A stretch of 57,485 nt of DNA from NCBI RefSeq assembly GCF_001194135.2, contig NC_068985.1, forward strand, positions 91,708,712-91,766,196. The letters are read 5' to 3'. Within the stretch, counting starts at the first letter, position 1. Each line of letters opens with the position of its first letter. A program made the position numbers and the translations under genes. The stretch is from Octopus bimaculoides. Its lineage: Eukaryota. Positions 1 through 12,105 of this stretch are shown piece after piece. The notes beneath the pieces are model-generated. The model did not search any database. It saw only the letters and a list, made by a program, of their open reading frames with translations, and was not told where the DNA came from.

Positions 1-108
1 AGCTAAAAAGACTCACTAAATGACAATTCTTAAATGTTTGTAGTGTCCTGTATTGTCCCATCTATGTATGATATTTTATTATCGTAATAAAGAGAATTGG
101 TAAGCTAC

Positions 109-151
109 TTCAGGCTGATGACGAGCAAAGACTCAGAAACATGTCCCTGAA
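109..151 (+). ncRNA. Minimal type I hammerhead ribozyme motif, probably in the terminal repeat of a Penelope-like element
   Basis: TTCAGG-CTGATGA-C-GAG(CAAAGA)CTC-A-GAAAC-AT-GTC-CCTGAA. Helix I TTCAGG/CCTGAA is 6 bp, the CUGAUGA and GAAA cores are canonical, helix III is palindromic (ACATGT) and the cleavage triplet is GUC. The helix II closing pair is imperfect. Confidence 0.65.
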
Positions 152-311
152 TGCTGGCTAGGCTGGGTGGAGGAGCTTGTCTCCCCCTCGCAAACTTAAG
201 GACACAGTAATTGTGTCAAGGCCGACAGGAAGCGGCCCAGCTTCCTAGGGCTAAACGGCAGTAGTGTGTTCCCTTATTGGGATTGTCACATTAAGTTGAC
301 AATATACTACA

Positions 312-350
<39 letters not shown>

Positions 351-1044
351 AAATGTGAGTGTGTATGATTACTAACATACGCCAACGAGATTAGTCGTGA
401 CAGAATTTGTCTGAATTCAATTGGATGTACAAAACAAATTTAGGCAGGCTTAATTAGACACACACATACACGCACAATCGCACACATATACACACATACA
501 CACACACGACCCACATATTCGCACACAATCAAACAGTTAGACAATTACTCACATCTATATACATTCGCACAATTAACATGTTACCAAATCTGTCATGAAC
601 AATTTTCCTTGTTAGTAATCATCAGTTTAAGGAACATTTGAAAAAGAAAGAAAACATCCAGATAGTTTTATTCGGAGTTTCTTATTGCAAACTCGGTGCA
701 CATTTAATATAAATGGCTATTATACTACTTATCAATCAAAACTGAAAACCATATTGTGAAATAGAACACCACGTACATTCCAGTCTGCTAAGCTAATTAG
801 CTTCAATTTTCTATTCACATATTTTGCTCCGCATTGATACTAACAACAAAAACAAGATATTAGTAACGCAATTTAATGTGATATAATGGAATAGAATAGA
901 TGTATGTTTAAGAACAGGTTGATCAAGCTCAATAGCAAAGTTATATAAAACGCAAATCGTGAAACACTTTTACAGAGGTGCGGAGAAATTGCGGAAATGA
1001 TATAAAAGAAAAAATGGCGCAGGTGTGGCAAGACTTGCTTCTTA

Positions 1045-1480
1045 AACTTGTGTGGCAAAAAATTGTTTCTTAACCACATGGTTCCGATTTCTGTCCAGCT
1101 GCGTGGTTCCTTCAGCGATTGCCTTCCACTATAGGCTCGTGCACACCAAAACTTTATGAGTGGATTTGGTAGATGGAACGTGAAAGTAGCTTGTGGTGTA
1201 TGTTTTTGTGTGTGTGTTTGTGTGCCGGTGTGTTTGTGTATGCACTTGTGTGTGTATATTTGGGTATGTGAGTATATGTTTGTGTGTGTGTGTGTATAAG
1301 TGTGTGCGTTTATGTTTTTATGTCTGTGTGTGTCCCCCTAACACTGCTCAACATAGCGGTTCGGACAACGAGTCAGATAGAATACGCAGCAGGCTTTAAA
1401 AAGTAAATTCTCGGGTTGACCCCTTCGACTAAGATTGTTCGAGTTAGTGCACTAGTACGGCCACAGTCTAGTGACTAAAA
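1045..1480 (+). mobile_element. tRNA-related SINE, family A (head + internal GT microsatellite + tail)
   Basis: Head AACCACATGGTTCC...GGATTTGGTAGATGGAAC matches the copies at 20961 and 11815(-). The tail TAGCGGTTCGG...GATAGAATA...CGACTAAG matches 11820(-) and 27030(-). Confidence 0.8.
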
Positions 1481-2814
1481 CATGTAAAATATAAAAGATG
1501 GCTTGTAATTGAGAATATCTTCGTCTAAATGGGCATTTCTTGTCAGGAGGGGAATTCAGTGATGTATGTATATATATATATGTATATATATATATATGCG
1601 TATGCGTGTTTGTATGTATGTACGTATGTGTATTATTATTATTTTTATTACTACACAGAGACAGACAGATATATGTAGATATGCACAAAAATCAAATGGC
1701 TAATTATCTTTAAAAGTTCTACGTTTGTTTTTATTACATATAAATGGGTTTAAAGATCGGTTATCTCCCTTATACTGCAAAACTAGATTTTTGGACTTGT
1801 TATTATTCGAACTGAAATTAATAGAGGCAGAATTAATGCCAATGGGGTTAATATACGTAATTTTTTTATAGCTTGCTTTAAGTAAGGCAGAGTTAAAAAA
1901 TTCGACTTTATCATTAAGGATAATATTAGCAGATAATCCGAACGTGTTTATCGTTGTAAACATTGGCAAAATCATAGCTTTAGTTCCCATAAGTAATTTC
2001 TGCCAATCTATAAAATTCGACTTTTAACTGTCTTCTTACATTTCATTTCTACTACATATATCTATGTCCACGCTTTTAAACTTTATTCCCATTCATTTAA
2101 CACTTTATATTTCTCCAATTTTAATTTTCTGTTAATTTCTTTTTTCTCCTTCTCTTTCTCTAATTGACCTTTGACGTTAAATCTATTAACGGCTTTAAAA
2201 AAAGATAAACTGCTGGCGTTCTCCTTAGATCTTATATTTACGCACGCGGTGATCACATTCGATTAACATGGCTAATTGATGTGTTTTGTTCCTTTTTTCT
2301 CTTCTCAGATGAGGTGATTGCACTCTTTTACATCATTTTTATTCCCTCCGGAATAATCTCAATGCATTCTTCGAAACATATTTTAGACGCACATATAATT
2401 TTAATTACACCTGCATTTGGCTCCATTTCTGAATTTATCTATCTATCTATTTATCTCTCTCTCTCTCTCTCTCTNNNNNNNNNNATATATATATAACCCT
2501 TTTCAAATTGTAAATTTTTAACTACGAATAACAATATTTACATCATGGGGATATATTAGCCCAATAATGTTGTCTATGTCTTTCTCTAACTTTTCACTTC
2601 ATAATTGCCTTTAATATTTATTTAGAATAAATGGAAGCTGTAACCCGTTGGCATCTTCTGTCAGAAGACTGGCTATCAGCCTCCAAAACAACACTTTTAT
2701 GTGATGGTGTCAATCATAGTAAACTTCCAGCATGAATATTTTACAATCTGGTCTGCCGTTTTATTTCTTTTATTCGTAAAACTTCAATGTCATCTACAAC
2801 GTCAGTGTTTAGTC

Positions 2815-3420
2815 AACGTTATTATGTTTCACTAAATTCAAATTAGAAGACTGGAGTGTCACGACCAACTCATATACTAATAATGTGCCTGTGATGCTTG
2901 TTTTCCAACCACATGGTTGCAGGTTCAGTCCTATTGCATGGCATCTTGGGCAAGTATCTCCCACTAAACCCTCGAGACGAGTACACTCTGTCACAGAAGC
3001 TGTACAGAATATCAAGCGGCACTTTGGTAATGGTTTTATTAACATCAGAACTGTTCAGAGATGGTTCCAGAGCTTTGGCCCAGGAGATGATAACCTTGAA
3101 AATAAACCAAGGTGTAGGCCAAAATCAGTTATTCAGCATGATGGAATATATACTTTGGTTGGACAAAATCCGAGAACAAAGGTTTGAAAACTTTCATGAG
3201 AACTTCAAACATCTCGCACAATTGTTTTTGGACACATGAAAAAAATTGAAAAAGGCAAAAAAACCGGATAGGTTTGTTCCACATCATCTCGTTCAGAGAT
3301 TAAAAAACAGACGCCTCGAAGTGTGCTCCTTATTGCTTTCTCGGTTGGAAAAAGACCATTTTTTGCATTAAATCATTACTTGTGATGAAAACTGGATATT
3401 CCTTTGACAACAGGACAGCG
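2815..3420 (+). pseudogene. Decayed mariner transposase (N-terminal HTH to first catalytic Asp), interrupted by a SINE head
   Basis: Frameshifted translation IMFH-(E)FKL...HSVTEAVQNIKRHFGNGFINIRTVQRWFQSFGPGDDNLENKPRCRPK...FVPHHL...ITCDENWI resembles Mos1/SETMAR-type WVPHEL and TCDEKW motifs. Confidence 0.85.
2886..2965 (+). mobile_element. SINE family A head fragment inside the mariner remnant
   Basis: CCAACCACATGGTTGCAGGTTCAGTCCTATTGCATGGCATCTTGGGCAAGT matches family A heads. Confidence 0.7.
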
Positions 3421-3481
3421 ATTAATGTCTTGCACTGACATTCGAAACTCCTAGTATTATAAAGACAACCTTTTACTGTTT

Positions 3482-3770
3482 CAGTTCTATATTTAAGAGA
3501 TGAGGAATTATGTACATTATTTAAATTATTTACATTTGACGGATATATGTCCTCATTTTGATTTCTGTTAACACAACGTTTCGGCTGGTATACTCTCCAG
3601 CCTTAATCAGATATCTTGGGGAAATTTCAAACCTGGGCTCCGATTCCTAAGGTATTTTTCGATGTTATTATTATTATCATTATTATTATCATTATTATTA
3701 TTCAGTTAAGTGCCTGGAATCGAACTCGGAATAGTGGGGTTAGTAACCCGTTCTCCTAACCACTACGCCA
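3482..3770 (-). mobile_element. tRNA-headed SINE-like element with (AAT)n linker and hammerhead-containing tail
   Basis: The minus strand reads TGGCGTAGTGGTTAG (A box)...GAGTTCGATTCC (B box), then (AAT)n, then the HHR at 3570-3615 and an AT-rich tail. Confidence 0.75.
3570..3615 (-). ncRNA. Minimal type I hammerhead motif (G8 mutated in this copy)
   Basis: GATAT-CTGATTA-A-GGCTGG(AGAGTATA)CCAGCC-GAAAC-GTT-GTGTT. Helix II is a perfect 6 bp, helix III is palindromic ACGT and helix I is wobble-rich. Confidence 0.7.
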
Positions 3771-4893
3771 ACACAAAAGACGAGGAGAAATATCCGTCAA
3801 ATGTAAATAACGTACTTTCACTGTTTGTTCTAATTTACAATATATATANNNNNNNNNNNNNNNNNNNNNNNNNNNNNNNNNNNNNNNNNNNNNNNNNNNN
3901 NNNNNNNNNNNNNNNNNNNNNNNNNNNNNNNNNNNNNNNNNNNNNNNNNNNNNNNNNNNNNNNNNNNNNNNNNNNNNNNNNNNNNNNNNNNNNNNNNNNN
4001 NNNNNNNNNNNNNNNNNNNNNNNNNNNNNNNNNNNNNNNNNNNNNNNNNNNNNNNNNNNNNNNNNNNNNNNNNNNNNNNNNNNNNNNNNNNNNNNNNNNN
4101 NNNNNNNNNNNNNNNNNNNNNNNNNNNNNNNNNNNNNNNNNNNNNNNNNNNNNNNNNNNNNNNNNNNNNNNNNNNNNNNNNNNNNNNNNNNNNNNNNNNN
4201 NNNNNNNNNNNNNNNNNNNNNNNNNNNNNNNNNNNNNNNNNNNNNNNNNNNNNNNNNNNNNNNNNNNNNNNNNNNNNNNNNNNNNNNNNNNNNNNNNNNN
4301 NNNNNNNNNNNNNNNNNNNNNNNNNNNNNNNNNNNNNNNNNNNNNNNNNNNNNNNNNNNNNNNNTATATATATATATATATATATGGGGGGGGGTGTATA
4401 CAGATAGACATATATTTTGTGTTTTTATGTGTGTAGATATGTTTTTGTACTTGCATGTGTGTCTGTTTGAGGAAGAAGTGCAGCGAAATGAGTTTCACTA
4501 CCTCAAGGAATGAGAATAACAACTCTTTATTAAATTTATAGTTGTATAGGTAACGTAAAATTCATTGCCCCTGCAGTTAATAGTATATAAATTTAGGTTA
4601 GTGAACTTCGAAATGTGGTATACATGGGAGGGCGAAACAGAAACAGAGAGAAAGAGTGTTTCTGATTATTTGACTGAGAAATTTCAAACGAATCTGATGT
4701 CTTATCTTTAGGTAAGTTGTTTTGATATGCATTGGCGTATTATGGGAATGCTTTGATGATGTTTCAGGGGAAGCCATTGTATCTGGTAACGGATTGATGT
4801 GGCCTATATTGCTTACTATTTCTTTGTCTCACCTTGCCAATGTTTGGCACAACGCCAGCAATATTCCGGTTCGGGTGAAATCAATTACAACGA

Positions 4894-4984
4894 CTGAAAA
4901 AAACTAGTGTGAGCAACCTGAAAAAACCAGTGTGAGCAACCTGAAAAACCTAGTGTGAGCAACCTGAAAAACCTAGTGTGAGCA
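4894..4984. repeat. 23-bp minisatellite, about 4 units (CTGAAAAACCTAGTGTGAGCAAC)
   Basis: Directly visible tandem copies with no spacers. Confidence 0.95.
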
Positions 4985-5110
4985 GGCTGGCCCATTGCAC
5001 TGCACACACAACTCATTTTTGCCAGCTGACTGCACTTGACCAATGTGTAATAAAGTTTCTTCCACAAAGAAACAACACCGGGAATCGATCTCATGAACTC
5101 AGCCACGAAC
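4985..5110 (-). mobile_element. SINE family B/C head fragment
   Basis: CACAACTCATTTTTGCCAGCTG...CCGGGAATCGATCTCATG matches the reverse of the 30350 and 7893 heads. Confidence 0.7.
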
Positions 5111-6172
5111 CTTCAATCATATTGGAGTTGTTAAAATGTCGAATAGAATATGTATCGCGGGAATTGATGAGGTAGTTTCTCAACTGAATTAGATTGGAAT
5201 ATTCTTATAGAAAACGATATCCATTCATGCATGAAATATCCCATTTATACAGAAACGTAAAATTTTAAGCGTATAAGTTGTTTCTGCAAACAATGTCCGT
5301 TTATTTATTTTTTTCTAAATTTAATATTTTTAAGTAGATTAATCTATATATCACAGAGAGAATCGAATGTTTCGATTGTATGGGATGTAGGTAGTCAGGT
5401 GGGGTACGAAGAGATATTTAATAGATTGCGGAAAGAGACAGATTAATTAGGTCAACACGTCTGCTGAAAGGGGAGGGAGTTGTTGAATGTCTGGCAGCTT
5501 GATATCTACAAACACTCATATGTATTTTACTGTGTGTATGTGTGTGTATATATGTGTGTTTATGTGTGTATGTGTCTATAGATATTATATATATATGTGT
5601 GAGTATAAGTGTAGTCCATTTGTGTTTGCAATATATGACAAACACAAACGAGACTACACTTATATGTATGTACATACATACATACATATACATGTGTATA
5701 GACAGAGTGAGTGTGTGAGTGAGTGAGTAAGTGAGTAAGTGAATCAGTGAGTGAGTGCGAGAGAGATAGTCTGATAGATGAACAGATGTATGTATGTGTG
5801 TATACTCACAAACACACACATACACCACATATATTTTATATGATAGCTATGAATATTTGTATAGAAAGTATCTTATAACACATGGATCACCAGCTTATAT
5901 TTCTTGCGTAGAAAGAGGAATCTAAGCAAGATTATGTTATATTATCCCCCATTTCTCATAGACTATTTCTCTTCAGGCTGGCCTTGGATAAATCTCAAGC
6001 TGGTTGTCGGTAAGTCGAATTTTGTGGAGAGGAACGTTGTTTCCAGGTGAATCACCTGGCACAACCTTTGATTGTGGGCAATTATTGCGATTAAAGAATT
6101 GTTAATTACTGAAAAACTTTATAAATGTTACGGAGATGTACTTACATAGCAAGTGACCTGATCTGAGATCGT

Positions 6173-6480
6173 GTGTTGGAACGAAAACAATTGCAGTGTG
6201 GAAGGTGGTGTTTATAAGCCATTTAAGAAACACACAAAATTCGTTAGATTCACTTCAATATTTAAATTTAATTCGCCAAAATATTTTCGTCGCTTTGAGA
6301 CCGCGACCTGTTCACTGACAACATTCTGTGCAGCACGGAATTTTGTCACTGAACAGGTCGCGGTCTCAAATATTTTGATAAACTAAATCTAAATGTTGAA
6401 GTGAATCTAACAGGTTTTGTGTTTTTCTTAAATGGCTTATAAACACCTTCCACGCTGCAAATGTTTGTAAATGTTAACAC
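6173..6480. mobile_element. Foldback (palindromic) MITE-like element
   Basis: The arms TTGCAGTGTGGAAGG...TTTGAGACCGCGACCTGTTCACTGACAA and their reverse complement meet at a central ATTCTGTGC-A-GCACGGAAT hairpin. No TSD was recognised. Confidence 0.85.
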
Positions 6481-6623
6481 TTTGAATTTTTCTGAATGAA
6501 TATATTGTAGGCGTGCGTCAACAAGGTTAACTATGGTGGCTATTGTGGTTGTGGTGGCAGGGATATTGATGTAGGCCGGTGAGTGATATGGGTGTGAATG
6601 TGTGTGTGCGTTTCGTATATGTG

Positions 6624-6925
6624 AAGGCACGTCGTTTAGTTGTTAGGGTGTTAATCTCAAGATCGTAAGGGCGTGAGTTCGATTGCCAATGGTGCGTTGT
6701 GCCCTGGAGCATGACATTTATTTTGCTTTGTTTTTGTTCACCCAGCTGATGAAAATTAGTTATATTTGTAATTAAAAATGCCAGCCTTGATACATTCTGT
6801 TTGACGCTGAATCTCCCTCAGAAATTCTAAGGAAGTTTCAACCACTTGCACTTTAATTTCACGAGCAGGCTGTTCCTTTGATCGGAGCAGCTGGAACACT
6901 CGCCATCGCAAGAAACGGAGTGTCG
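6624..6925 (+). mobile_element. SINE family B
   Basis: B box GAGTTCGATTGCC and tail CCAGCCTTG...GCTGAATCTCCC...TTTCACGAGCAGGCTGTTCC...ACGGAGTG, shared with 30350, 40003 and 42120. Confidence 0.8.
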
Positions 6926-7380
6926 ATATGTGTGTAGCAAAGAAAATTGGCATTTCTAAGTTGTATCCATCAAGGAAAATATAACCTATCCAACTGGAAT
7001 GCAATATGAATGCATGAACACCAACGTTAGTTGTGGAACAACTATCCATAAAAGCGGAGAAAACACAAAAGCAACACTGTGCGCATAAACATTTCTCAAC
7101 TACAAACAGTAGAATATTCATTAACCTAATTAAATATCCTAGCCACATTTCAAAAAAGGCGTGCACCATAAAAATATATAAATACTTAAATACTATCAAT
7201 GCATAAAAGTATGAACACAGTTAAGTATTAAAGCAACTGTGTAAAGCCTTTAATTTCATTCTTATATTCCAAATGCTCAGGTTCTCTTTCTTCCCCTTCT
7301 TTTCTTTGGAAAGTGTGAGTTTTTTCTCGCTCTATTCTTACGATGCGGCTTATGAATGCTTCAAGATGCAGGTAAACACA

Positions 7381-7615
7381 TTAAAGACCATGACGCTGAT
7401 CCAGCCTGTGCCAGGCTAGAACAGTTCACCCACAAACATTAGCATCAACGGCCAAACCCTAGGAGTTGAACACTTCACATACCTTGGATGTATCCTTTCG
7501 AAGACCCCCACCCCCACGTATTATAAAAACGTGGAGAACCGGATTGGGATGCCCCACTCTGCCTTCGGCAGACTCAGCCAACGTGTATTCCTCAATTCCT
7601 CAATTACGCACTGAC
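7381..7615 (+). pseudogene. RTE-clade (BovB-like) reverse transcriptase fragment
   Basis: Frame from 7381: KTMTLIQPVPG*NSSPTNISINGQTLGVEHFTYLGCILS...VENRIGMPHSAFGRLSQRVF, which matches the RTE pattern F.YLG...RI.KA..AFGRL. Confidence 0.8.
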
Positions 7616-7892
7616 CATCCGGACAAATATCATGGTCTTCCGTGACAAAGTCACTTTCGGCACAAACATCAGCCGTGGCGACTCGACGGAAACTGACGAA
7701 CCCAATGCTTGGATACGAGCTGGAACCTACGATTTTTAATGTGGACTGAGATCTAGCCTGATGTTGCTAACTTACCTTATTTGAGATCTTACTTCGTCGT
7801 ACAAACACTCCATTGTCTTTATGAATGCATTTGTAAATATTGGGTCATCTTTGTTGAACAAATTTAAGAAATACTATAATGCACCTATAAAG

Positions 7893-8130
7893 TTACCCTC
7901 CGAGGTACAAGTCCGTGCAAGGTTGCTTACCAGCCTCCCCTCTCCATGCCACCGATGTTCTCCAAGGGAAAGATAAACGCCGATACAGCTTGGCACCAGT
8001 GACGTCGCAATTCATTTCTACAGCTGAATGAACTGGAGCAACGTGAAATAAAGTGTCTTGCTCAAGAACGCAACACGCAACGCGTCCGGGAATCGAACTC
8101 ACAACCTCACGATCGGAAGCTTAACTCTCT
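7893..8130 (-). mobile_element. SINE family C (family B head with a different tail)
   Basis: Head GTGAGTTCGATTCCCGG...TTGAGCAAGACACTTTATTTCACGTTGCTCCAG as in family B. The tail (GGTGCCAAGCTGTATCGG...GGAGAGGGGAGGCTGG) is unrelated to B. Confidence 0.8.
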
Positions 8131-8481
8131 AGGCACCTTCAAATATATATATTGTTTCATCATATCTGTGCGTAGGTGTACGTGCATGTGTGTACATGTG
8201 AGTGAATGCGGGCAATGTGCCTGTATGTTTGTTAGTGCGTGTGTGTATGTGCGTATGTACGAAGTAGGTGACTAGTCGCCAGACTCATTAAATCGTCGGA
8301 TAGAACGCTTTGCTGTTTTGTTCCGATTCTCTGAACCCTGAATCCAAATTCCATGGATAATTTACCTTTTATCTTATCTGGATCGCTCAATTACCATTCG
8401 AGTATTGAAGCAGCTTCTTAATTCTTCTCACTTTCTCTATCTGCTGCCGTCTTCTGAACTCCTCTCTCCGTTTTCTTTCTT

Positions 8482-8534
<53 letters not shown>

Positions 8535-9744
8535 NNNNNNNNNNCTCCCTCTCTCTCTCTCTCCCTCTCTCTCTCTATCCATCTCTCTTTCTCTCCCTCT
8601 GTTTCTCACTGCAACAACTCGACTGTATTCAAACCAAGAGATGGATCAGCTTTGCAATGTAGATAATCCACAAGAGAGGTTATACATCCCGACGATGCAT
8701 CTCTGATTCCGCTAGGGGTACATACCCCGGGAGATGATAGGCAGAATAATTGCTTAAGAGAGGCTGTATCTACAATAAGATTCAATCTAAGCGGAAAATA
8801 TTTGGACAACATCAAACTAGAAACATGAAGCTTTTAAGCAAAAGTAATAGTCGTATAATTTCCAATAAAAATAATCCTCGCTATGATGTTATTTCATTAA
8901 AAACACAGAAACTGGTAATTAGATAATGTATATATATCATTTAATTACCGACTACTGTCAAAAGTAATAACAACTTTTGATAAAAAGAAAGTTTTTCTCA
9001 CCCAAATATAAGCATCGTGATTGTAATATATAAAAGCATGCGTACTTTTTCTCGATATCAATTCTGTGATGAAAAAATTCGAATGTATAAAGTGGATACG
9101 ATGTTACAGCTTACATTTATGTAATTAGTGCAAAACTATTGTAAATATACGTAGGAGTTTCATTATGAGTTCTCCAAAATACATAGTAAACATTTAGTCT
9201 ATTTTATATTCATATGATCACATGATCGACTAGACTATCGGATGTAGCTATGCATCGCTGGTCATAATGCACTTTAAGGAAATTGTATAGACCAATATAC
9301 ATATTTTGGTACGTAGTTTGATTTTATAGATACTGCTGCGTTGAGAGTATTTTGTCGAAATACTGTATTCTAGTAAACATCAAATAGCTGCTGAGAATGC
9401 GTTATTTATGCAAATTGATAGAAGGCGTCTACGTTAGAATGAATATTTATCTATAGAAAAGTAAGAACATTTCTAAAATATATGAAACATTGATAAAATT
9501 AACCTATTGCTGAAATAGCATTATCGCAACAAACAGTCAGACGTGTTAAGATAAAGTCGCATGTTTAGATGTAAAACTATGTGCAGTAAATTACCCATTA
9601 TATTACCGATAACTGAGAGGTTAGAAAATGAAAGAAAGTTATAAAAATAATCGAAATTGAAATATATAAACATAAAATACCACCTTAGTTGTTCACAAAA
9701 TTCATTTATATTCCCATTATATTTAATTACATCTAAGTATATTA

Positions 9745-9962
9745 ACGTGGTGAGTTGACAGAATCGTAACCGCAGCAGGAAAAAAAAATGCTTACCGACA
9801 TTTTTTCCGTCCATTTGTTCTGAGGCCAAATACTGCCGGGTTTGATTTTGTGCTTCATCCATTCAGGGTCGATAAATTAAGTAGCAATTGGTAACTGGCG
9901 TCGATATAAAAGACTTCCGCACTTCCCCGAAATCGCTGGTCTTGTGCCAACAGTTGAAACCA
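9745..9962 (+). mobile_element. SINE family D
   Basis: GAGTTGACAGAATCG...TTCATCCATTCAGGGTCGATAAATTAAGTAGC matches 32150 and 42712(-). Confidence 0.8.
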
Positions 9963-11814
9963 ACTATACTGCTATTATTAGTGTTTGTAAGCAGTGTCTG
10001 TGTGGACAAGATTGAAGCTAATCCGATTGATTCAATTTTTTGTTGTCTCTATGGAGGGAGTTTGCGTAAAAGTATGATGTTTATATATGACTTTAAAATA
10101 AAGCATTATTTGAAATTTATTGACATATGTCATATTCTCCAGCATTAATTATTTAACTCTTTGAAATTTTTATTTGCAAAGACGAATGATTGGAGGAGAC
10201 CATAACACACATGAATATAAGACTAATTTTTTACAAACTAGATGGCCTAATATCAGGTTCTTCGCATATGAAACCATGTATCGTTACTCATCTTTACATA
10301 TTGTATACACAACCTGATGAATGAATCAGCTGATAAAGATATATTCTATAGAATAGTCAGTCTCAAGCAATACGGTCAAACCAGCAATTAATATATTCTT
10401 TTGAAAGACAGCGTACGCTTCTATGCGACACAAATAGCTATCTTATTATAATTTTACTGCAGCTTAAAAGTATTATTGGCGTTCGTAAAACCATAATTTG
10501 CATTCCTATTTTATATTTATTATATTTTAATGATCATAAAAATTATATGACCCAAAGTTATAAAATCCTAAGCTAAAAGAAGTGACAATTCAGTTGACTA
10601 GCCTATTTCAATAAATCGACTGAATCTAATCATGTTTTATTAAATATCTTCTAAAATACTGGAATTTATAACCAAGTAATTTGAAAAGCAATCTTATATA
10701 TGGGTATAGGAATAGGCATTTTCTTTTTTCTAATTTCAAATAATTTCATATTCATATTTATTTCATGTGGATTATATTTTTCCTTTAAGTAGTGCTTTAC
10801 AAATTTTCTTTCCTTTCATTCATTTTCATGATTTTTGTAAAAATAAAAATCTTAAGTTACTATTATATATATATATATACATATGTATGAACATATGCAC
10901 GTATGTATGTGTGTATGTANNNNNNNNNNNNNNNNNNNNNNNNNNNNNNNNNNNNNNNNNNNNNNNNNNNNNNNNNNNNNNNNNNNNNNNNNNNNNNNNN
11001 NNNNNNNNNNNNNNNNNNNNNNNNNNNNNNNNNNNNNNNNNNNNNNNNNNNNNNNNNNNNNNNNNNNNNNNNNNNNNNNNNNNNNNNNATATATATATAT
11101 ATATATATATATACATATGTATGAACATATGCACGTATGTATGTGTGTATGTATATGTATGTATTCATATATGTAAGTATGAGAATGAAATTTCAGTCGC
11201 TTCATAAGATAAATCATATCTACGCTCATAATAATATACACCTTCATATATTCCTCATAAATTGTAGTGCAACAATTGTGTGACATGTATGGTGTATTTT
11301 GATAGGTTTATGATGGTTATAATATATTCACACTATTTAAATTTCAAATTATGTACTTTTGCGTAGTTAGGTGAAATTTTAAATGACAAGGTTCTGAAAA
11401 ATACTACATAAAATTAAAATTCTTCTATTTGATAATATTTTGTGCGTAAGGCCTATGACCTTTTCCTGACTATTTATTCAAAGCCACCCTGTATTCTCAT
11501 TGTATTGCTGATAACCTATTGCAAAGACAATTTCAGTATTCAGCTGTATGTCGCGTTTTAAGTTATTCCCAGAAAACTGTTCTCCAAGATTCATGATGAA
11601 GTCTACAAGGCGATTTAAAAACCAGAGAAAATATCTTCTCTGCTCCAGTGCTGTGTTCAGCAGACTAAACTTAACCATCCCCAACCCTGACTAACTCACT
11701 AATCATGTGTCATACTCCACTAGGACCACAAACCAAACCGATTGATTCGGTTTCATCTTCTGTACTAAAATCCCTACTAATCTGTTCTCATAAGAACCCT
11801 AGGATTTGTTTTTT

Positions 11815-12105
11815 TTAAAACCTAGTTTTATCGTATCCGTCTCTTTTGCCGTAAGGTTAGGTGGACGTAACCACACCAACATCGGTTGTCAAGTGGCCAA
11901 GAAGGGGAAAGAAACGACACAAAAATACACACACATATATATTCCCGACGGGTTTCTTTCAGTTTCCTTCTACTGAACCCTCTCACAATTCTTTGGTCGC
12001 CTCAAGGCTGTAGCAGAAGACACTTGCCCAATATGCTACTCAGTTGGACTGAAACCGGAACCACTTGGTTGTGAAATAAACCTCTTACTACACAACCACG
12101 CCTGT
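11815..12105 (-). mobile_element. SINE family A
   Basis: Reverse complement of the family A head and tail (GGTTGTGTAGTAAGAGG...AACCAAGTGGTTCCGG...GACAACCGATGTTGGTGTG). Confidence 0.8.

Noticed and set aside
3711-3770. Functional tRNA gene
   Set aside because: It has A and B boxes and an anticodon-like arm but no complete acceptor stem, and it is fused to a repeat tail, so it is a SINE head.
4720-4875. Possible LINE RT YRP motif on the minus strand
   Set aside because: It needs several frameshifts to fit and has no second motif.
4894-4984. CRISPR-like repeat array
   Set aside because: The units are directly tandem with no unique spacers, the context is eukaryotic and there are no cas genes.
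10860-11165. Direct repeat of about 55 bp on both sides of an N gap
   Set aside because: Identical contig ends flanking a gap most likely reflect unmerged overlap in the assembly.
11478-11684. Protein-like 68-aa ORF (MGMVKFSLLNTALEQRR...)
   Set aside because: There is no recognisable motif or convincing splice pair, and the length is within chance expectation.
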